Below the pieces are notes generated by a model. That model ran no database searches. It saw nothing but the letters and a program-made list of their open reading frames with translations, and was not told where the DNA came from. 24,000 nucleotides of DNA from Streptomyces phage Limpid. Below are positions 1 through 8,101 of the stretch, piece by piece. A program made the position numbers and the translations under genes. Positions within the stretch are counted from its first letter, which is position 1; every line of letters starts with the position of its first letter. The DNA lies in the sequence record MN369754.1; one strand, written 5' to 3'.

Positions 1-84
1 CAGAATTACGGTACTTCTGTACAAGACAGATACAATGCCAGAATGTACAATTGATATGCATGAACGAAACGTAAGGACTGTATA

Positions 85-363
85 GTGAGTTACATCGTTT
101 ATCGTGACGTTTTTGGCATGGACCAGAACAACCCCTTGCTTGACAAGGTTGATAAGCTCGATGATAAGGTTATTGAGAAGTATCAACAGGGTTGGGTTGA
201 TGATGAATTCGGGCCAGGTATGAATCTGCAAGAGGCAGAAGAATACATTAAGTCTCAAGGGTACAATTGTTGGCCTCCCCCAGAGCCTCACAGTTACGAT
301 ACACTCCTCATCCTTGTACAGATGATTAAGAACGGGGAAATCGATATCAATGAGTATCTTTAA
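85..363 (+). CDS. hypothetical protein (92 aa), GTG start
   Basis: ORF track; upstream GTAAGGACT; stop overlaps the next small ORF. Confidence 0.75.
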   Translation: MSYIVYRDVFGMDQNNPLLDKVDKLDDKVIEKYQQGWVDDEFGPGMNLQEAEEYIKSQGYNCWPPPEPHSYDTLLILVQMIKNGEIDINEYL

Positions 364-520
364 CCGAGACGGATTCAGGAACGGTCAAAAGGTATACATT
401 CCAAAGATGGGGCAGTATGGCGTTGTGAAAATGAAGCGCGGTGGTCTCATTAAGGTAAAGCCATACAAGAGTGACAATGAAATTTGGGTTCATCCTTACG
501 AAATTGAGGATGGTCGATAA
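350..520 (+). CDS. small protein MSIFNRDGFRNGQKVYIPKMGQYGVVKMKRGGLIKVKPYKSDNEIWVHPYEIEDGR (56 aa), KOW/SH3-like in appearance; not in the ORF track
   Basis: Manual translation from ATG350 to TAA518-520; overlaps the 85..363 stop; RBS-like GGGG upstream; basic composition with G-x-K/R-V pattern. Confidence 0.7.
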   Translation: MSIFNRDGFRNGQKVYIPKMGQYGVVKMKRGGLIKVKPYKSDNEIWVHPYEIEDGR

Positions 521-538
521 GAAAGCCCTTCGGGGCAT

Positions 539-626
539 GGAGAGGCAAGCCAATTGGTGATGGCACCTGACTGCTAATCAGACGAGTCCTTATAGGGCCT
601 TGCGGGTTCGACCCCCGTTCTCTCCG
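539..626 (+). tRNA. tRNA-Ser(GCT)
   Basis: Acceptor GGAGAGG/TCTCTCC, long variable arm, T-arm GCGGG-TTCGACC-CCCGT, anticodon loop CTGCTAA. Confidence 0.95.
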
Positions 627-675
627 CTGCTACCCTATGTAGAACCGTGTAGGGGCTATGCAATGTATCAGGGGG

Positions 676-704
676 TTGATATCCCTAACGGTTCAAGCTA
701 CCAT
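676..704 (+). promoter_or_regulatory. candidate sigma-A-like promoter upstream of RNA ligase
   Basis: TTGATA, 17 nt, TACCAT; -35 lies between AGGG and CCCT. Confidence 0.35.
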
Positions 705-735
705 GGAAGTCCAAGAGTTAATACAAGGAGATGAA

Positions 736-1785
736 ATGACTCACGTTTCAGCAATCTTTTCCGTGGACGACCTGAACAAGGCAATTGAGGACGGTTGGGT
801 CAGGGTCCAGACGAATGAGGACAACACCCTTTCTATTTACAATTACAGCGAAAGTGCCCAATACAAGCGTTACTGGAATGATGTAACTCTGAATTGTCGG
901 GGCTTGATTCTCGACAATGACATGAACATTATTGCTCGTCCGTGGAAGAAGTTCTTCAATTATGGAGAGCGTCCACTGAACATTTCCACAGATGACCCGG
1001 TTGAGGTGACGGACAAGAAGGACGGCTCTTTGGGTATCCTTTACCGTCACCCGATGACTGGTGATTGGAAGGTTGCGACTCGTGGGTCTTTCCTTTCTGA
1101 GCAGGCTCTTCACGCAACTGCATTGTTCAATGACCGATACAGCCACATTGCAATTCCTACTGAGGGTCTTACCTGTCTCTTTGAGATTGTTTACCCTGAG
1201 AACCGCATTGTTCTGGACTATGGCGAGATGGATGACCTCATTCTTCTTGGTTCGGTACAGAACAAGTATGGCTGGTACTATGGTCCAAACGAGACAGCAG
1301 CAATGGTGAACTGGACTGGTCCTGTCACTGAGGTGTTCGAGTACCGCACGATGAACGAGGCGTTTGCGGACTACCGTCCAAATGCTGAGGGTCTGGTAAT
1401 TCGGGCGGGTAGTGAGATGCTGAAGTTGAAGCAGGCAGACTACGTAGCTTTGCACAAGTTGGTTACGGGTCTGAACGAGCGTGCAGTATGGGAGCGCTTG
1501 CGGGATGGCGAGACGCGTGATAGTATCTGTGCATCACTTCCTGACGAGTTCCACGGGTTTGTTGACAAGACGGCTGATGCTCTTGAGAAGGAGTTCCAGT
1601 CAATCTACTTGACGGCACACCAGAACTATTGTACTGTTCTGAACAAGATGGGAGCGGGCTACAGCCGCAAGGACTTTGCTCTTGAGGCAATCAAGTACCC
1701 CAACCCTTCTCTACTGTTCAACTTCCTTGACAACAAGTCGAATCGTCAGTCAGTATGGGATATGATTCGACCGAAGGGTGAGTAA
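736..1785 (+). CDS. RNA ligase, T4 Rnl1-like
   Basis: Nucleotidyltransferase motif TDKKDGSLG, downstream FEIVYPENRIVLDYG; ATG736 preceded by ACAAGGAG. The track ORF from 658 extends upstream of this start. Confidence 0.85.
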   Translation: MTHVSAIFSVDDLNKAIEDGWVRVQTNEDNTLSIYNYSESAQYKRYWNDVTLNCRGLILDNDMNIIARPWKKFFNYGERPLNISTDDPVEVTDKKDGSLGILYRHPMTGDWKVATRGSFLSEQALHATALFNDRYSHIAIPTEGLTCLFEIVYPENRIVLDYGEMDDLILLGSVQNKYGWYYGPNETAAMVNWTGPVTEVFEYRTMNEAFADYRPNAEGLVIRAGSEMLKLKQADYVALHKLVTGLNERAVWERLRDGETRDSICASLPDEFHGFVDKTADALEKEFQSIYLTAHQNYCTVLNKMGAGYSRKDFALEAIKYPNPSLLFNFLDNKSNRQSVWDMIRPKGE

Positions 1786-2018
1786 TGGACTGGCAAACTA
1801 AGGCTTTTCTTATCTGTATCGCAGTGAGCATCGTTTGCAAGATTGGGACGCTGCTGCTACGCTCTATGGAGGCTGAAGAGCCTGAGATTGTCCCGATGAA
1901 TCGAGCACAGAGGCGACATCCAAAGGGAAGAGTCGCTGCGCAAAAGTTCGGAAGGCAAAACCAGGCTATTAAGATGAAGCCGGGTAAGGGTGGCTCTCAT
2001 CGCAAGTTCGTAAGGTAG
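1785..2018 (+). CDS. small protein with N-terminal hydrophobic segment and basic C-terminus
   Basis: ORF track; TAATG overlap with upstream gene. Confidence 0.7.
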   Translation: MDWQTKAFLICIAVSIVCKIGTLLLRSMEAEEPEIVPMNRAQRRHPKGRVAAQKFGRQNQAIKMKPGKGGSHRKFVR

Positions 2019-2023
2019 TATAT

Positions 2024-2049
2024 GCTGGGAGGAAACTCCCAGCAAGCTT
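2024..2049 (+). promoter_or_regulatory. hairpin-AAGCTT module
   Basis: GCTGGGAG-GAAA-CTCCCAGC then AAGCTT. Confidence 0.8.
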
Positions 2050-2067
2050 GTCTAACTAAGGAATGAA

Positions 2068-2316
2068 ATGAATTACGAAGAGATTATCGACGGTTACAAT
2101 GAGCTTCGTGAGCGTTGCCTTGAATTGGCAAAGGCCAACAATGGTGCTCTGATGGATAGTGGTGCTTGGTTCATGAGTGCTATTATGGAGTACGATGTCA
2201 CCCTTGATTATTCAGAGGGTGGAATTCATGGTTGGGGTAATGCTTATACTACTCAAACAATGACCACTGAATACTTCAGCTTTGTTATCCCGTTCGAACT
2301 GCTTGAGGAGAAGTAA
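2068..2316 (+). CDS. hypothetical protein
   Basis: ORF with SD-like AAGGAATG context; stop abuts next ATG. Confidence 0.75.
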   Translation: MNYEEIIDGYNELRERCLELAKANNGALMDSGAWFMSAIMEYDVTLDYSEGGIHGWGNAYTTQTMTTEYFSFVIPFELLEEK

Positions 2317-3207
2317 ATGCTAGAGTTGGTTATTAACCGTGGAATTCCGGGAAGTGGCAAGTCTACTTTCGCTGAGGCATGGGTGAATTCCGCAAATGGG
2401 CGAGTGCGCAGTAACCGGGATGACATTCGTCTTTCTGGATATGGTGTAGAATTCGGTCCGCCTATCGATGAGAAGATTGTTACGGAAATTCAGCACGCTG
2501 GAATTCGGGCAGCACTTTCCGCCGGGGTTTCGGTTATTGTTGACGACTGCAACATTGAGCAGAAGTACATCAATACTCTTGCACGAATTGGATATGAGTA
2601 TGGAGCGCAGGTTTCTATCAACCTGATTGATGTTCCTGTTGCTGTAGCTCTTGAGCGCAACCGTATTCGCAAGGACCGTGGTGGACGCTTTGTTCCCGAG
2701 AATGTGATTGTTTCCATGCATTCTCGCCTTCAGGGTCTCAAGAATGTCAGCCTGCCTGAGAAGATTGTATTCAATAAGTACAATGGATACAGTAAGAATC
2801 CTGAGGCTGTCATGGTTGACATCGACGGTACGCTTGCTAAGATGACTCGTAGAGGTCCATTCGATTGGCTTCGTGTTGGTGAGGATGAGCCTATCGAGCG
2901 GGTTATCGAGATTGTCAACCTATACTGGAGTGCTGGCAAGAAGATTGTGGTAATGTCTGGTCGTGACAGCGTTTGCCGTGAGCAGACGATTGAATGGCTT
3001 GACAAGAATCTTGTCCCATGGGATGCTCTGTTCATGCGCCCGGAGAAGGACATGCGAAAGGACAGCATTGTCAAGCATGAGCTGTTCTGGGCGCATGTTG
3101 CTCCGTTCTACAATGTTCAGACTGTTCTTGATGATAGGAAGCAGGTTGTAGACATGTGGCGAGAGATTGGCCTCACGTGCTTCCAGGTTGCGCCTGGTGA
3201 TTTCTGA
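2317..3207 (+). CDS. pseT: polynucleotide 5'-kinase / 3'-phosphatase, T4 Pnkp-like
   Basis: N-terminal P-loop GIPGSGKST; C-terminal acyl-phosphatase motif VDIDGTLAKMT; kinase-then-phosphatase order as in T4 Pnkp. Confidence 0.92.
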   Translation: MLELVINRGIPGSGKSTFAEAWVNSANGRVRSNRDDIRLSGYGVEFGPPIDEKIVTEIQHAGIRAALSAGVSVIVDDCNIEQKYINTLARIGYEYGAQVSINLIDVPVAVALERNRIRKDRGGRFVPENVIVSMHSRLQGLKNVSLPEKIVFNKYNGYSKNPEAVMVDIDGTLAKMTRRGPFDWLRVGEDEPIERVIEIVNLYWSAGKKIVVMSGRDSVCREQTIEWLDKNLVPWDALFMRPEKDMRKDSIVKHELFWAHVAPFYNVQTVLDDRKQVVDMWREIGLTCFQVAPGDF

Positions 3208-3413
3208 TGGAACTATTTGGGGCTCTCTGTTTGACAGTAATCGCAGCCATTGCCATTATGTGGTGTATCGGAATGCCTTGGCTTGCGCTAGGGTTCGGTG
3301 GACCATCAATTGGTAATTGGGCTTGGATGATTGGTGGGCTTACTGTAGCAAGCGGCATCATCTACGGATGGTGGGTTCTTGTAGGTTCTAATATCCACTT
3401 TAGTTTCGGCTAA
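3207..3413 (+). CDS. small membrane protein (68 aa)
   Basis: ORF overlapping upstream stop; hydrophobic/glycine-rich segments. Confidence 0.7.
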   Translation: MELFGALCLTVIAAIAIMWCIGMPWLALGFGGPSIGNWAWMIGGLTVASGIIYGWWVLVGSNIHFSFG

Positions 3414-3419
3414 AGTGGT

Positions 3420-3442
3420 GGCAGAGGAAACTCTGCCAAGCT
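3420..3442 (+). promoter_or_regulatory. hairpin-AAGCT module
   Basis: GGCAGAG-GAAA-CTCTGCC then AAGCT(G). Confidence 0.8.
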
Positions 3443-3456
3443 GGAAAGGAGACAAA

Positions 3457-3735
3457 ATGTCTGATGTAGAAATCCGCCTCTCAAAGGGACGGGCAATTCT
3501 TGTCAAGAACATTCTACTTAACTATGAGTCTTCATCAGTGTCAGAACTGAGGAGAATTGGTGAAGTAGTCAATGAACTTGAAATAGAAATTGCGCGGATG
3601 TGGGACGAGAATCATGACCAAGATGCCTTGTGTAAGTGCTCACATCCTTATCACAGGCATTTTGACTCATATGAAGACATGTACCCAATCGGCTGTAAGT
3701 ATTGTGAGTGTGATACATTTGAGCAACGCATTTGA
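3457..3735 (+). CDS. hypothetical protein with Cys/His-rich C-terminus
   Basis: ATG3457 preceded by AAAGGAGACAAA; C-x-C-x4-H and C-x2-C-x-C patterns. Track start 3415 runs through the hairpin module. Confidence 0.75.
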   Translation: MSDVEIRLSKGRAILVKNILLNYESSSVSELRRIGEVVNELEIEIARMWDENHDQDALCKCSHPYHRHFDSYEDMYPIGCKYCECDTFEQRI

Positions 3736-4189
3736 ATTCTTTGAGGCTCAGTGGGAAGAGCCTGCATGGGATGCGCTGAGTAAGACAGAGCAACTGCTTC
3801 TTGTGCATGAAGCATATGCAGAGAAGCAGTTCCGTGAGTGCGATGGACATGCTTGGACGCTGGTGGTAGACTGTGGTCAGGCCAGTATCCAGTGTGTTAA
3901 TTGTGAGGGCAGTTTTGAATATGTCGCCGGACCAGATTATCAGGACATGATTAACTGCGAGGTAGACATTTACTACCCTCGCATCGAGATTGAGATTTCT
4001 GGTTCGTACGACAATCCCGAGCGGGAACCTGTGCTAGAATTCTACACAGAGCATCCGGAAGACTTGTCGGGTTGCGCTTACTTCCAAGGTAAGGGAACAT
4101 GTTCATATGGCTGCTGGGAAGAGCCCAGGTGTCATACCGATGAGCCTGAAGGTGGTTGGCCATCTGAGAGATTTAAGGACATGCCTTGA
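3710..4189 (+). CDS. hypothetical Cys-rich protein; start uncertain (about 3704-3720)
   Basis: Frame of track ORF 3590..4189; the coding-like part follows the overlap with 3457..3735. Confidence 0.6.
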   Translation: MIHLSNAFEFFEAQWEEPAWDALSKTEQLLLVHEAYAEKQFRECDGHAWTLVVDCGQASIQCVNCEGSFEYVAGPDYQDMINCEVDIYYPRIEIEISGSYDNPEREPVLEFYTEHPEDLSGCAYFQGKGTCSYGCWEEPRCHTDEPEGGWPSERFKDMP

Positions 4190-4398
4190 AGCAATATCCA
4201 AGTCCAGATAATTTCATGGACATCGTCGTTACTCAGCATGAAGAGGACTTCACAAAGTGGCGGGTTGTTGGTGTTACTGTAGACTGGGATGCAGTCAAGC
4301 AGCTAGACATCGAAACCGACTTTGCCAACAAGGCACTTGCAGAAGCCTTCGTAAGAGGGTATACTGATAAGTACGTAAGAAGGAACTTCTTCGAGTGA
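4186..4398 (+). CDS. hypothetical protein (TTG 4186 or ATG 4216)
   Basis: ORF track; overlaps upstream stop. Confidence 0.6.
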   Translation: MKQYPSPDNFMDIVVTQHEEDFTKWRVVGVTVDWDAVKQLDIETDFANKALAEAFVRGYTDKYVRRNFFE

Positions 4399-4403
4399 AC
4401 GAT

Positions 4404-4424
4404 TGCGGCTTCGGCCGCAAGCTT
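4404..4424 (+). promoter_or_regulatory. hairpin-AAGCTT module, merging into promoter -35
   Basis: TGCGGC-TTCG-GCCGCA then AAGCTT whose last TT starts TTGACA. Confidence 0.8.
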
Positions 4425-4452
4425 GACAGACCAACACAAAGTCTGTTATGAT
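4423..4452 (+). promoter_or_regulatory. sigma-A-like promoter for tRNA-Leu(TAG)
   Basis: TTGACA, 18 nt, TATGAT; inverted repeat ACAGAC/GTCTGT. Confidence 0.75.
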
Positions 4453-4464
4453 TGATAACATCGA

Positions 4465-4548
4465 GCGGGTGTGGCGGAACTAGGCAGACGCGATAGGTTT
4501 AGGTCCTATTGTCCTTGTGGCGTGCAGGTTCGATTCCTGTCACCCGTA
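4465..4548 (+). tRNA. tRNA-Leu(TAG)
   Basis: Acceptor GCGGGTG/CACCCGT; anticodon stem ATAGG/CCTAT, loop TTTAGGT; long variable arm; T-loop TTCGATT. Confidence 0.93.
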
Positions 4549-4577
4549 CTTTATCGTTAATTACATAGGAGATTACT

Positions 4578-4769
4578 ATGGGCTACAAGTTTGGTCAGGG
4601 TTCTAAGGTTAAGTCCAAGAAGTCTGGCAAGGAGAGTACTGTACGAATGCGTGACGACTCTCATCCCAAGGGAAATCGCTACATTCTCGCCAATGGTGAA
4701 GAGCTGTACGAGAATGAGGTTACGACTCCCGACCCGCCTGCCAAGAAGAAGGGTTTCTTCCGCAGGTAA
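4578..4769 (+). CDS. small basic protein (63 aa)
   Basis: ORF with upstream AGGAG. Confidence 0.7.
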   Translation: MGYKFGQGSKVKSKKSGKESTVRMRDDSHPKGNRYILANGEELYENEVTTPDPPAKKKGFFRR

Positions 4770-4775
4770 AAATGT

Positions 4776-4795
4776 GGGGCTTCGGCCCCAAGCTT
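4776..4795 (+). promoter_or_regulatory. hairpin-AAGCTT module
   Basis: GGGGC-TTCG-GCCCC then AAGCTT, then AGGAGG SD. Confidence 0.85.
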
Positions 4796-4806
4796 AGGAG
4801 GTCATA

Positions 4807-4998
4807 ATGGCTAAGAGAGCAAGAATGAATTCTCCTGTTAAGATTTCAAAACCAAATAATGCTATCAACAGGAGATACAAGGATGAGCTAGGAATCATCT
4901 TTGATATTAAGACTGAAGAGCGTAGAACCTACTACATGGTAAGGCTAAATGGAGGTCATACAATCTCTGTTGATAGAGATGAAATCACAGTGCTATGA
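4807..4998 (+). CDS. small protein, SH3-like in appearance
   Basis: ORF after AGGAGG; YYMVRLNGGHTISVDRDEI. Confidence 0.75.
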   Translation: MAKRARMNSPVKISKPNNAINRRYKDELGIIFDIKTEERRTYYMVRLNGGHTISVDRDEITVL

Positions 4999-5183
4999 AG
5001 CTTCCACATTACATTAGCAGAAAATCGTGGCGTCAAGGTGACCGTGTGATTGTCGCTGTTGGACAGCACAAGGGCAAGCATGGTACAGTGAAGTTGTTCG
5101 CCACCAAGCATAACTATCTAGTGCTTCTCGATGGAGAAGACCGACCAAGACAGTTCCATAAGGGTGCTTTGGACCCTGAATAG
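4995..5183 (+). CDS. small KOW-like protein
   Basis: ATGA overlap; GDRVIVAVGQHKGKHGTVKLF. Confidence 0.75.
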   Translation: MKLPHYISRKSWRQGDRVIVAVGQHKGKHGTVKLFATKHNYLVLLDGEDRPRQFHKGALDPE

Positions 5184-5192
5184 GAGAAAATA

Positions 5193-5351
5193 ATGGCTAA
5201 CGATAGTGGTATCCCGAAGCCTGCGAAGTATGCGGTTAAGTGTGACAAGTCCAGTTCTGGAAAGCACACTCCGACTACGCGCGAGACCAGGGTTGACGGG
5301 CAGCACATCAAGTACAAGATTTGCACTAGTTGCAACGGTACGCTAAAGTAA
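5193..5351 (+). CDS. small protein MANDSGIPKPAKYAVKCDKSSSGKHTPTTRETRVDGQHIKYKICTSCNGTLK (52 aa), putative zinc ribbon; not in the ORF track
   Basis: Manual translation; TAGGAG SD; C and C-x2-C. Confidence 0.7.
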   Translation: MANDSGIPKPAKYAVKCDKSSSGKHTPTTRETRVDGQHIKYKICTSCNGTLK

Positions 5352-5373
5352 GACCAAGACCCTTCGGGGTCAT

Positions 5374-5445
5374 GCGGGGTTAGCTCAGTGGGAGAGCGTC
5401 TGCCTTACAAGCAGAGGGCCGGGGGTTCGAATCCCTCACTCCGTA
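5374..5445 (+). tRNA. tRNA-Val(TAC)
   Basis: Acceptor GCGGGGT/ACTCCGT, anticodon loop CTTACAA, T-arm GGGGG-TTCGAAT-CCCTC. Confidence 0.95.
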
Positions 5446-5459
5446 CAATGGGAGAAATA

Positions 5460-5610
5460 CCGAAAGGCTGGCACCTTTCGGCGGGCTTAGCAATGCTGTG
5501 CCAGCAGTAAGTTGTTAATACCGGGAATAGTCTAGAAAACTATTCCGTAATCCCGTAAGCTAAATCCTCAGTGCAGATACGTAAAAAGTTGGATTGAAAG
5601 AAGTCTGCAC
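5460..5610 (+). ncRNA. structured RNA segment between tRNA-Val and tRNA-Leu, unknown function
   Basis: CCGAAAGG/CCTTTCGG hairpin whose loop CTGGCA can pair with downstream TGCCAG (H-type pseudoknot); GGAATAG/CTATTCC; GTGCAGA/TCTGCAC. Confidence 0.55.
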
Positions 5611-5613
5611 AAT

Positions 5614-5693
5614 GCCCGCGTAGGCGAATGGTATAGCCGCTGGTCTCAAACACCAGGCCGAAAGGCGTGTCGGTTCGACTCCGACCGTGGGTA
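5614..5693 (+). tRNA. tRNA-Leu(CAA)
   Basis: Acceptor GCCCGCG/CGTGGGT; anticodon stem CTGGT/ACCAG, loop CTCAAAC; variable arm; T-arm with TTCGACT. Confidence 0.93.
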
Positions 5694-5694
5694 C

Positions 5695-5787
5695 ATGTCT
5701 CTTGGAAGACCTCCGGGTGAAGTCCCGAATCCAAGTGGTGGCACTAAGCCACAACAGCCTAAGCCTTCAACAGGGCCAGGAAGATAA
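5695..5787 (+). CDS. possible 30-aa proline-rich peptide MSLGRPPGEVPNPSGGTKPQQPKPSTGPGR
   Basis: ATG immediately after tRNA-Leu 3' end; not in the ORF track; no SD because it abuts the tRNA. Confidence 0.3.
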   Translation: MSLGRPPGEVPNPSGGTKPQQPKPSTGPGR

Positions 5788-5797
5788 AGGGAGAACA

Positions 5798-5998
5798 ATG
5801 ATGCAGTTTACACAGGTTGATGAAGACGCCTATTCAGTTCTGATGAACCTTGATACGATTAAGCGTATCGGTGACGGACTGGCTGGTGATGAGCGAGATG
5901 AGGTTCTTAAGACCTCTTTTGCCAATGCTCATGAGCGTCTGACACGACTCAATACACTTGATGAGACCGTAGAGGTTTCTGACACTCCATCTGAGTGA
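5798..5998 (+). CDS. hypothetical acidic protein
   Basis: ATG5798 after AAAGGGAGAACA; the track start 5687 lies inside the tRNA. Confidence 0.75.
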   Translation: MMQFTQVDEDAYSVLMNLDTIKRIGDGLAGDERDEVLKTSFANAHERLTRLNTLDETVEVSDTPSE

Positions 5999-6003
5999 CT
6001 AAC

Positions 6004-6027
6004 GGCCCCGGAAACGGGGCCAAGCTT
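6004..6027 (+). promoter_or_regulatory. hairpin-AAGCTT module
   Basis: GGCCCCG-GAAA-CGGGGCC then AAGCTT. Confidence 0.85.
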
Positions 6028-6045
6028 TTGAGAGAGGGTGGTAAA

Positions 6046-6261
6046 ATGGCGAAGACCAAGTGGGTTCCAGTAGGAAATAGGATGATGGACAGGGCTTATC
6101 TGAGAGATGGCGATGTTGTTCATACTGGTGAAGCTCTGCTACTTGCGCTTCTGTTCCACGCTAAGGGTAAAACCAAGCGTAGTCAGGATGAACTAAAGCA
6201 GGTTTCTAAGATGCTGGATGACCCTAATCTCAACAAGAGGACTCCCCGCAGAAAGAAGTAA
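6046..6261 (+). CDS. hypothetical protein
   Basis: Frame of track ORF 5995..6261; internal ATG (MAKTKWVPVGNRMMDRAYLRDGD) after GAGAGGGTGGTAAA, start inferred. Confidence 0.7.
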   Translation: MAKTKWVPVGNRMMDRAYLRDGDVVHTGEALLLALLFHAKGKTKRSQDELKQVSKMLDDPNLNKRTPRRKK

Positions 6262-6298
6262 TTCTTTCTTGGCGGGGTTTTCCCGTTTTAGGAGCAAT

Positions 6299-6640
6299 AT
6301 GGCTAGACTAATTATCAACAGAACAGACTCTCGTTGTGGTGAATGCAATAAATCAGCTAGTCCACATGAGATGGGACACTTCACTGTCTATGGTTACGTA
6401 GACAACGGTTCTCCGGGTTGCGGAGAGCTTTGGGACAGTGTAGAATCTGACTACATCAATTTGCCAAAGCAGATGACTGAATGGCATTTCAATATGCCTC
6501 ACCTCATCGGCTTGCCAGTATACAATGCAAGCATTGAACCGATTGGACTATTTGGTGGCCAGACAAGAGAGAATGCGACGTTGCCCCCAGTGTCAGAGGA
6601 AGACGATGACACCATTTATGAAGCAGAAGATTTGCGGTAA
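6299..6640 (+). CDS. hypothetical protein
   Basis: ATG6299 after TAGGAGCAAT; MARLIINRTDSRCGECNKSASP. Confidence 0.75.
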   Translation: MARLIINRTDSRCGECNKSASPHEMGHFTVYGYVDNGSPGCGELWDSVESDYINLPKQMTEWHFNMPHLIGLPVYNASIEPIGLFGGQTRENATLPPVSEEDDDTIYEAEDLR

Positions 6641-6672
6641 TTGTTCCGCAGAAGAAATTATTAGGAGTATTC

Positions 6673-6906
6673 GTGGCGGGTCTGCCGAAGAAGTTGTACT
6701 ATGTCCTAGTGAAGCCAGGAGGGAAGCCTCTGGGATACCGTCAGAAGGGCGGAGGGACATACACGAACGAGAAGAATGCTAATGCTCAGTACGAGCATTT
6801 GAAGAAGTATGGTTCCGATGTGGAATTGTATTCCACAGACATCAATTGGTGGCTTGAGAAGACCTCTCAGGAGAATCCAATGGAGGGAATGCCTGGTCTA
6901 TGGTAA
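6673..6906 (+). CDS. hypothetical protein, GTG start
   Basis: AGGAG-TATTC-GTG; overlaps sir2 start. Confidence 0.65.
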   Translation: MAGLPKKLYYVLVKPGGKPLGYRQKGGGTYTNEKNANAQYEHLKKYGSDVELYSTDINWWLEKTSQENPMEGMPGLW

Positions 6907-7577
6907 ACGTGCTGTTTGTAACTGGCGCGGGTATTTCAGCCAATGCAGGCATCGCCACCTACCGTGATGGTGGTTCAACATGGGTGGACGGAGACCTTGA
7001 GAAAAAGTCTCACTCGTCTCGTTATGGCAACCACCTAGATGAGCTGTGGGATAAACACTGGGGTCCCCTGTCAAAGGCTATGGCCGATGCTGAGCCTACC
7101 TACACACATCGTGCCATAGCTGAATTTCAGAAGAGCAACCCCAGCATCATTGCAACGCAGAACATCGATGACTTGCATGAGCGTGCCGAGTCTGATAACG
7201 TAGCACATCTACATGGCAGCATGGTCATCAAGTGCATCCGGTGCAAGAGAAGCCATCTTGAAACGAGGTGGACTAAGGGTGCTCCGCAGTGTCCACACTG
7301 TGGTAAGATGAAGACTCGTCCAGACGTTGTACTCTTTGGTGAGAAGCTGGACCTGAAAATGTTCGGTGCGCTAGAGGCTTTCGCAAAGTACGAGTCTGAT
7401 GTTATCGTTGCTATTGGAACGTCGCTCAATGTGTTTCCTGCGGCGGGTTTGGTAATGGACAACATTGCTAAGTCAATCATTATCAATAAGGAACCAACCA
7501 AGTTCGACAGATTTGCATACAAGGTCTACAATGAAGACTGCGATTCAGTCATTGATGAAGTGCTAGGGAGCCTATAA
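6900..7577 (+). CDS. Sir2 family NAD-dependent protein deacylase
   Basis: GAGISANAGIATYRDGG, TQNIDDLHERA, HLHGS, zinc cysteines CIRC...CPHC, RPDVVLFGE, GTSLNVFPAA. Confidence 0.95.
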   Translation: MVNVLFVTGAGISANAGIATYRDGGSTWVDGDLEKKSHSSRYGNHLDELWDKHWGPLSKAMADAEPTYTHRAIAEFQKSNPSIIATQNIDDLHERAESDNVAHLHGSMVIKCIRCKRSHLETRWTKGAPQCPHCGKMKTRPDVVLFGEKLDLKMFGALEAFAKYESDVIVAIGTSLNVFPAAGLVMDNIAKSIIINKEPTKFDRFAYKVYNEDCDSVIDEVLGSL

Positions 7578-8044
7578 TGGTAACGTATGTCAAGGGTGAT
7601 GCGACCAAGCCTCAGGGTGATGGTCCTAAGATTATTGCCCATGTGTGCAATGATAAGGGTGGCTGGGGTGCTGGATTCGTCCTTGCTCTGAATAAGCTTT
7701 CTCCGAAGCCAGAGCAAGAGTACCGTTCTTGGTACAAGAGTCACGCCTTTCCCTTTCTGCCTCTAGGTAAGACTCAGTCTGTTCGCGTAAGCGAAGACCT
7801 TTGGGTTTACAATATGATTGCTCAGCATGGTACAGTGAGTAAGTTGAATCCCCAACCACTTTCTTACGAAGCACTTGAGATTGCTCTTGAAAGACTTGCT
7901 GCGGAGGCTGAATATATGAATGCGACAGTTCATATGCCCCGCATTGGTTGCGGTCTTGCAGGTGGTAAGTGGGATGTGGTAGAGTCAATCATCAACCGAA
8001 CGCTTACACTTCGTGATATTGACGTAACAGTCTACGACCTGTAG
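7577..8044 (+). CDS. macro-domain protein (ADP-ribose-binding/hydrolase; POA1/ALC1/TARG1-like in appearance)
   Basis: HVCNDKGGWGAGFVLAL and MPRIGCGLAGGKWDVV motifs; 1-nt overlap with sir2. Confidence 0.93.
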   Translation: MVTYVKGDATKPQGDGPKIIAHVCNDKGGWGAGFVLALNKLSPKPEQEYRSWYKSHAFPFLPLGKTQSVRVSEDLWVYNMIAQHGTVSKLNPQPLSYEALEIALERLAAEAEYMNATVHMPRIGCGLAGGKWDVVESIINRTLTLRDIDVTVYDL

Positions 8045-8049
8045 GCTGC

Positions 8050-8072
8050 TGGGGAGGAAACTCCCCAAGCTT
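8050..8072 (+). promoter_or_regulatory. hairpin-AAGCTT module
   Basis: TGGGGAG-GAAA-CTCCCCA then AAGCTT (shared A). Confidence 0.85.
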
Positions 8073-8101
8073 CATTGGTACAACAAGAGGAGAAATAACC
8101 A

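Noticed and set aside
658-735. N-terminal extension of the RNA ligase ORF (GCIRGLISLTVQATMEVQELIQGDE)
   Set aside because: It spans a probable promoter; ATG736 has a good SD and starts the natural ligase N-terminus.
3590-3700. N-terminal part of track ORF 3590..4189
   Set aside because: It overlaps the 3457..3735 gene deeply in another frame, and its translation looks like frame-shifted sequence; the true start is probably after 3700.
5460-5693. Possible tmRNA because of pseudoknots next to a tRNA
   Set aside because: The tRNA is a complete leucine tRNA with its own acceptor and anticodon stem. No alanine-tRNA-like acceptor features (G3:U70) and no tag reading frame ending in Ala-Ala-stop were found.
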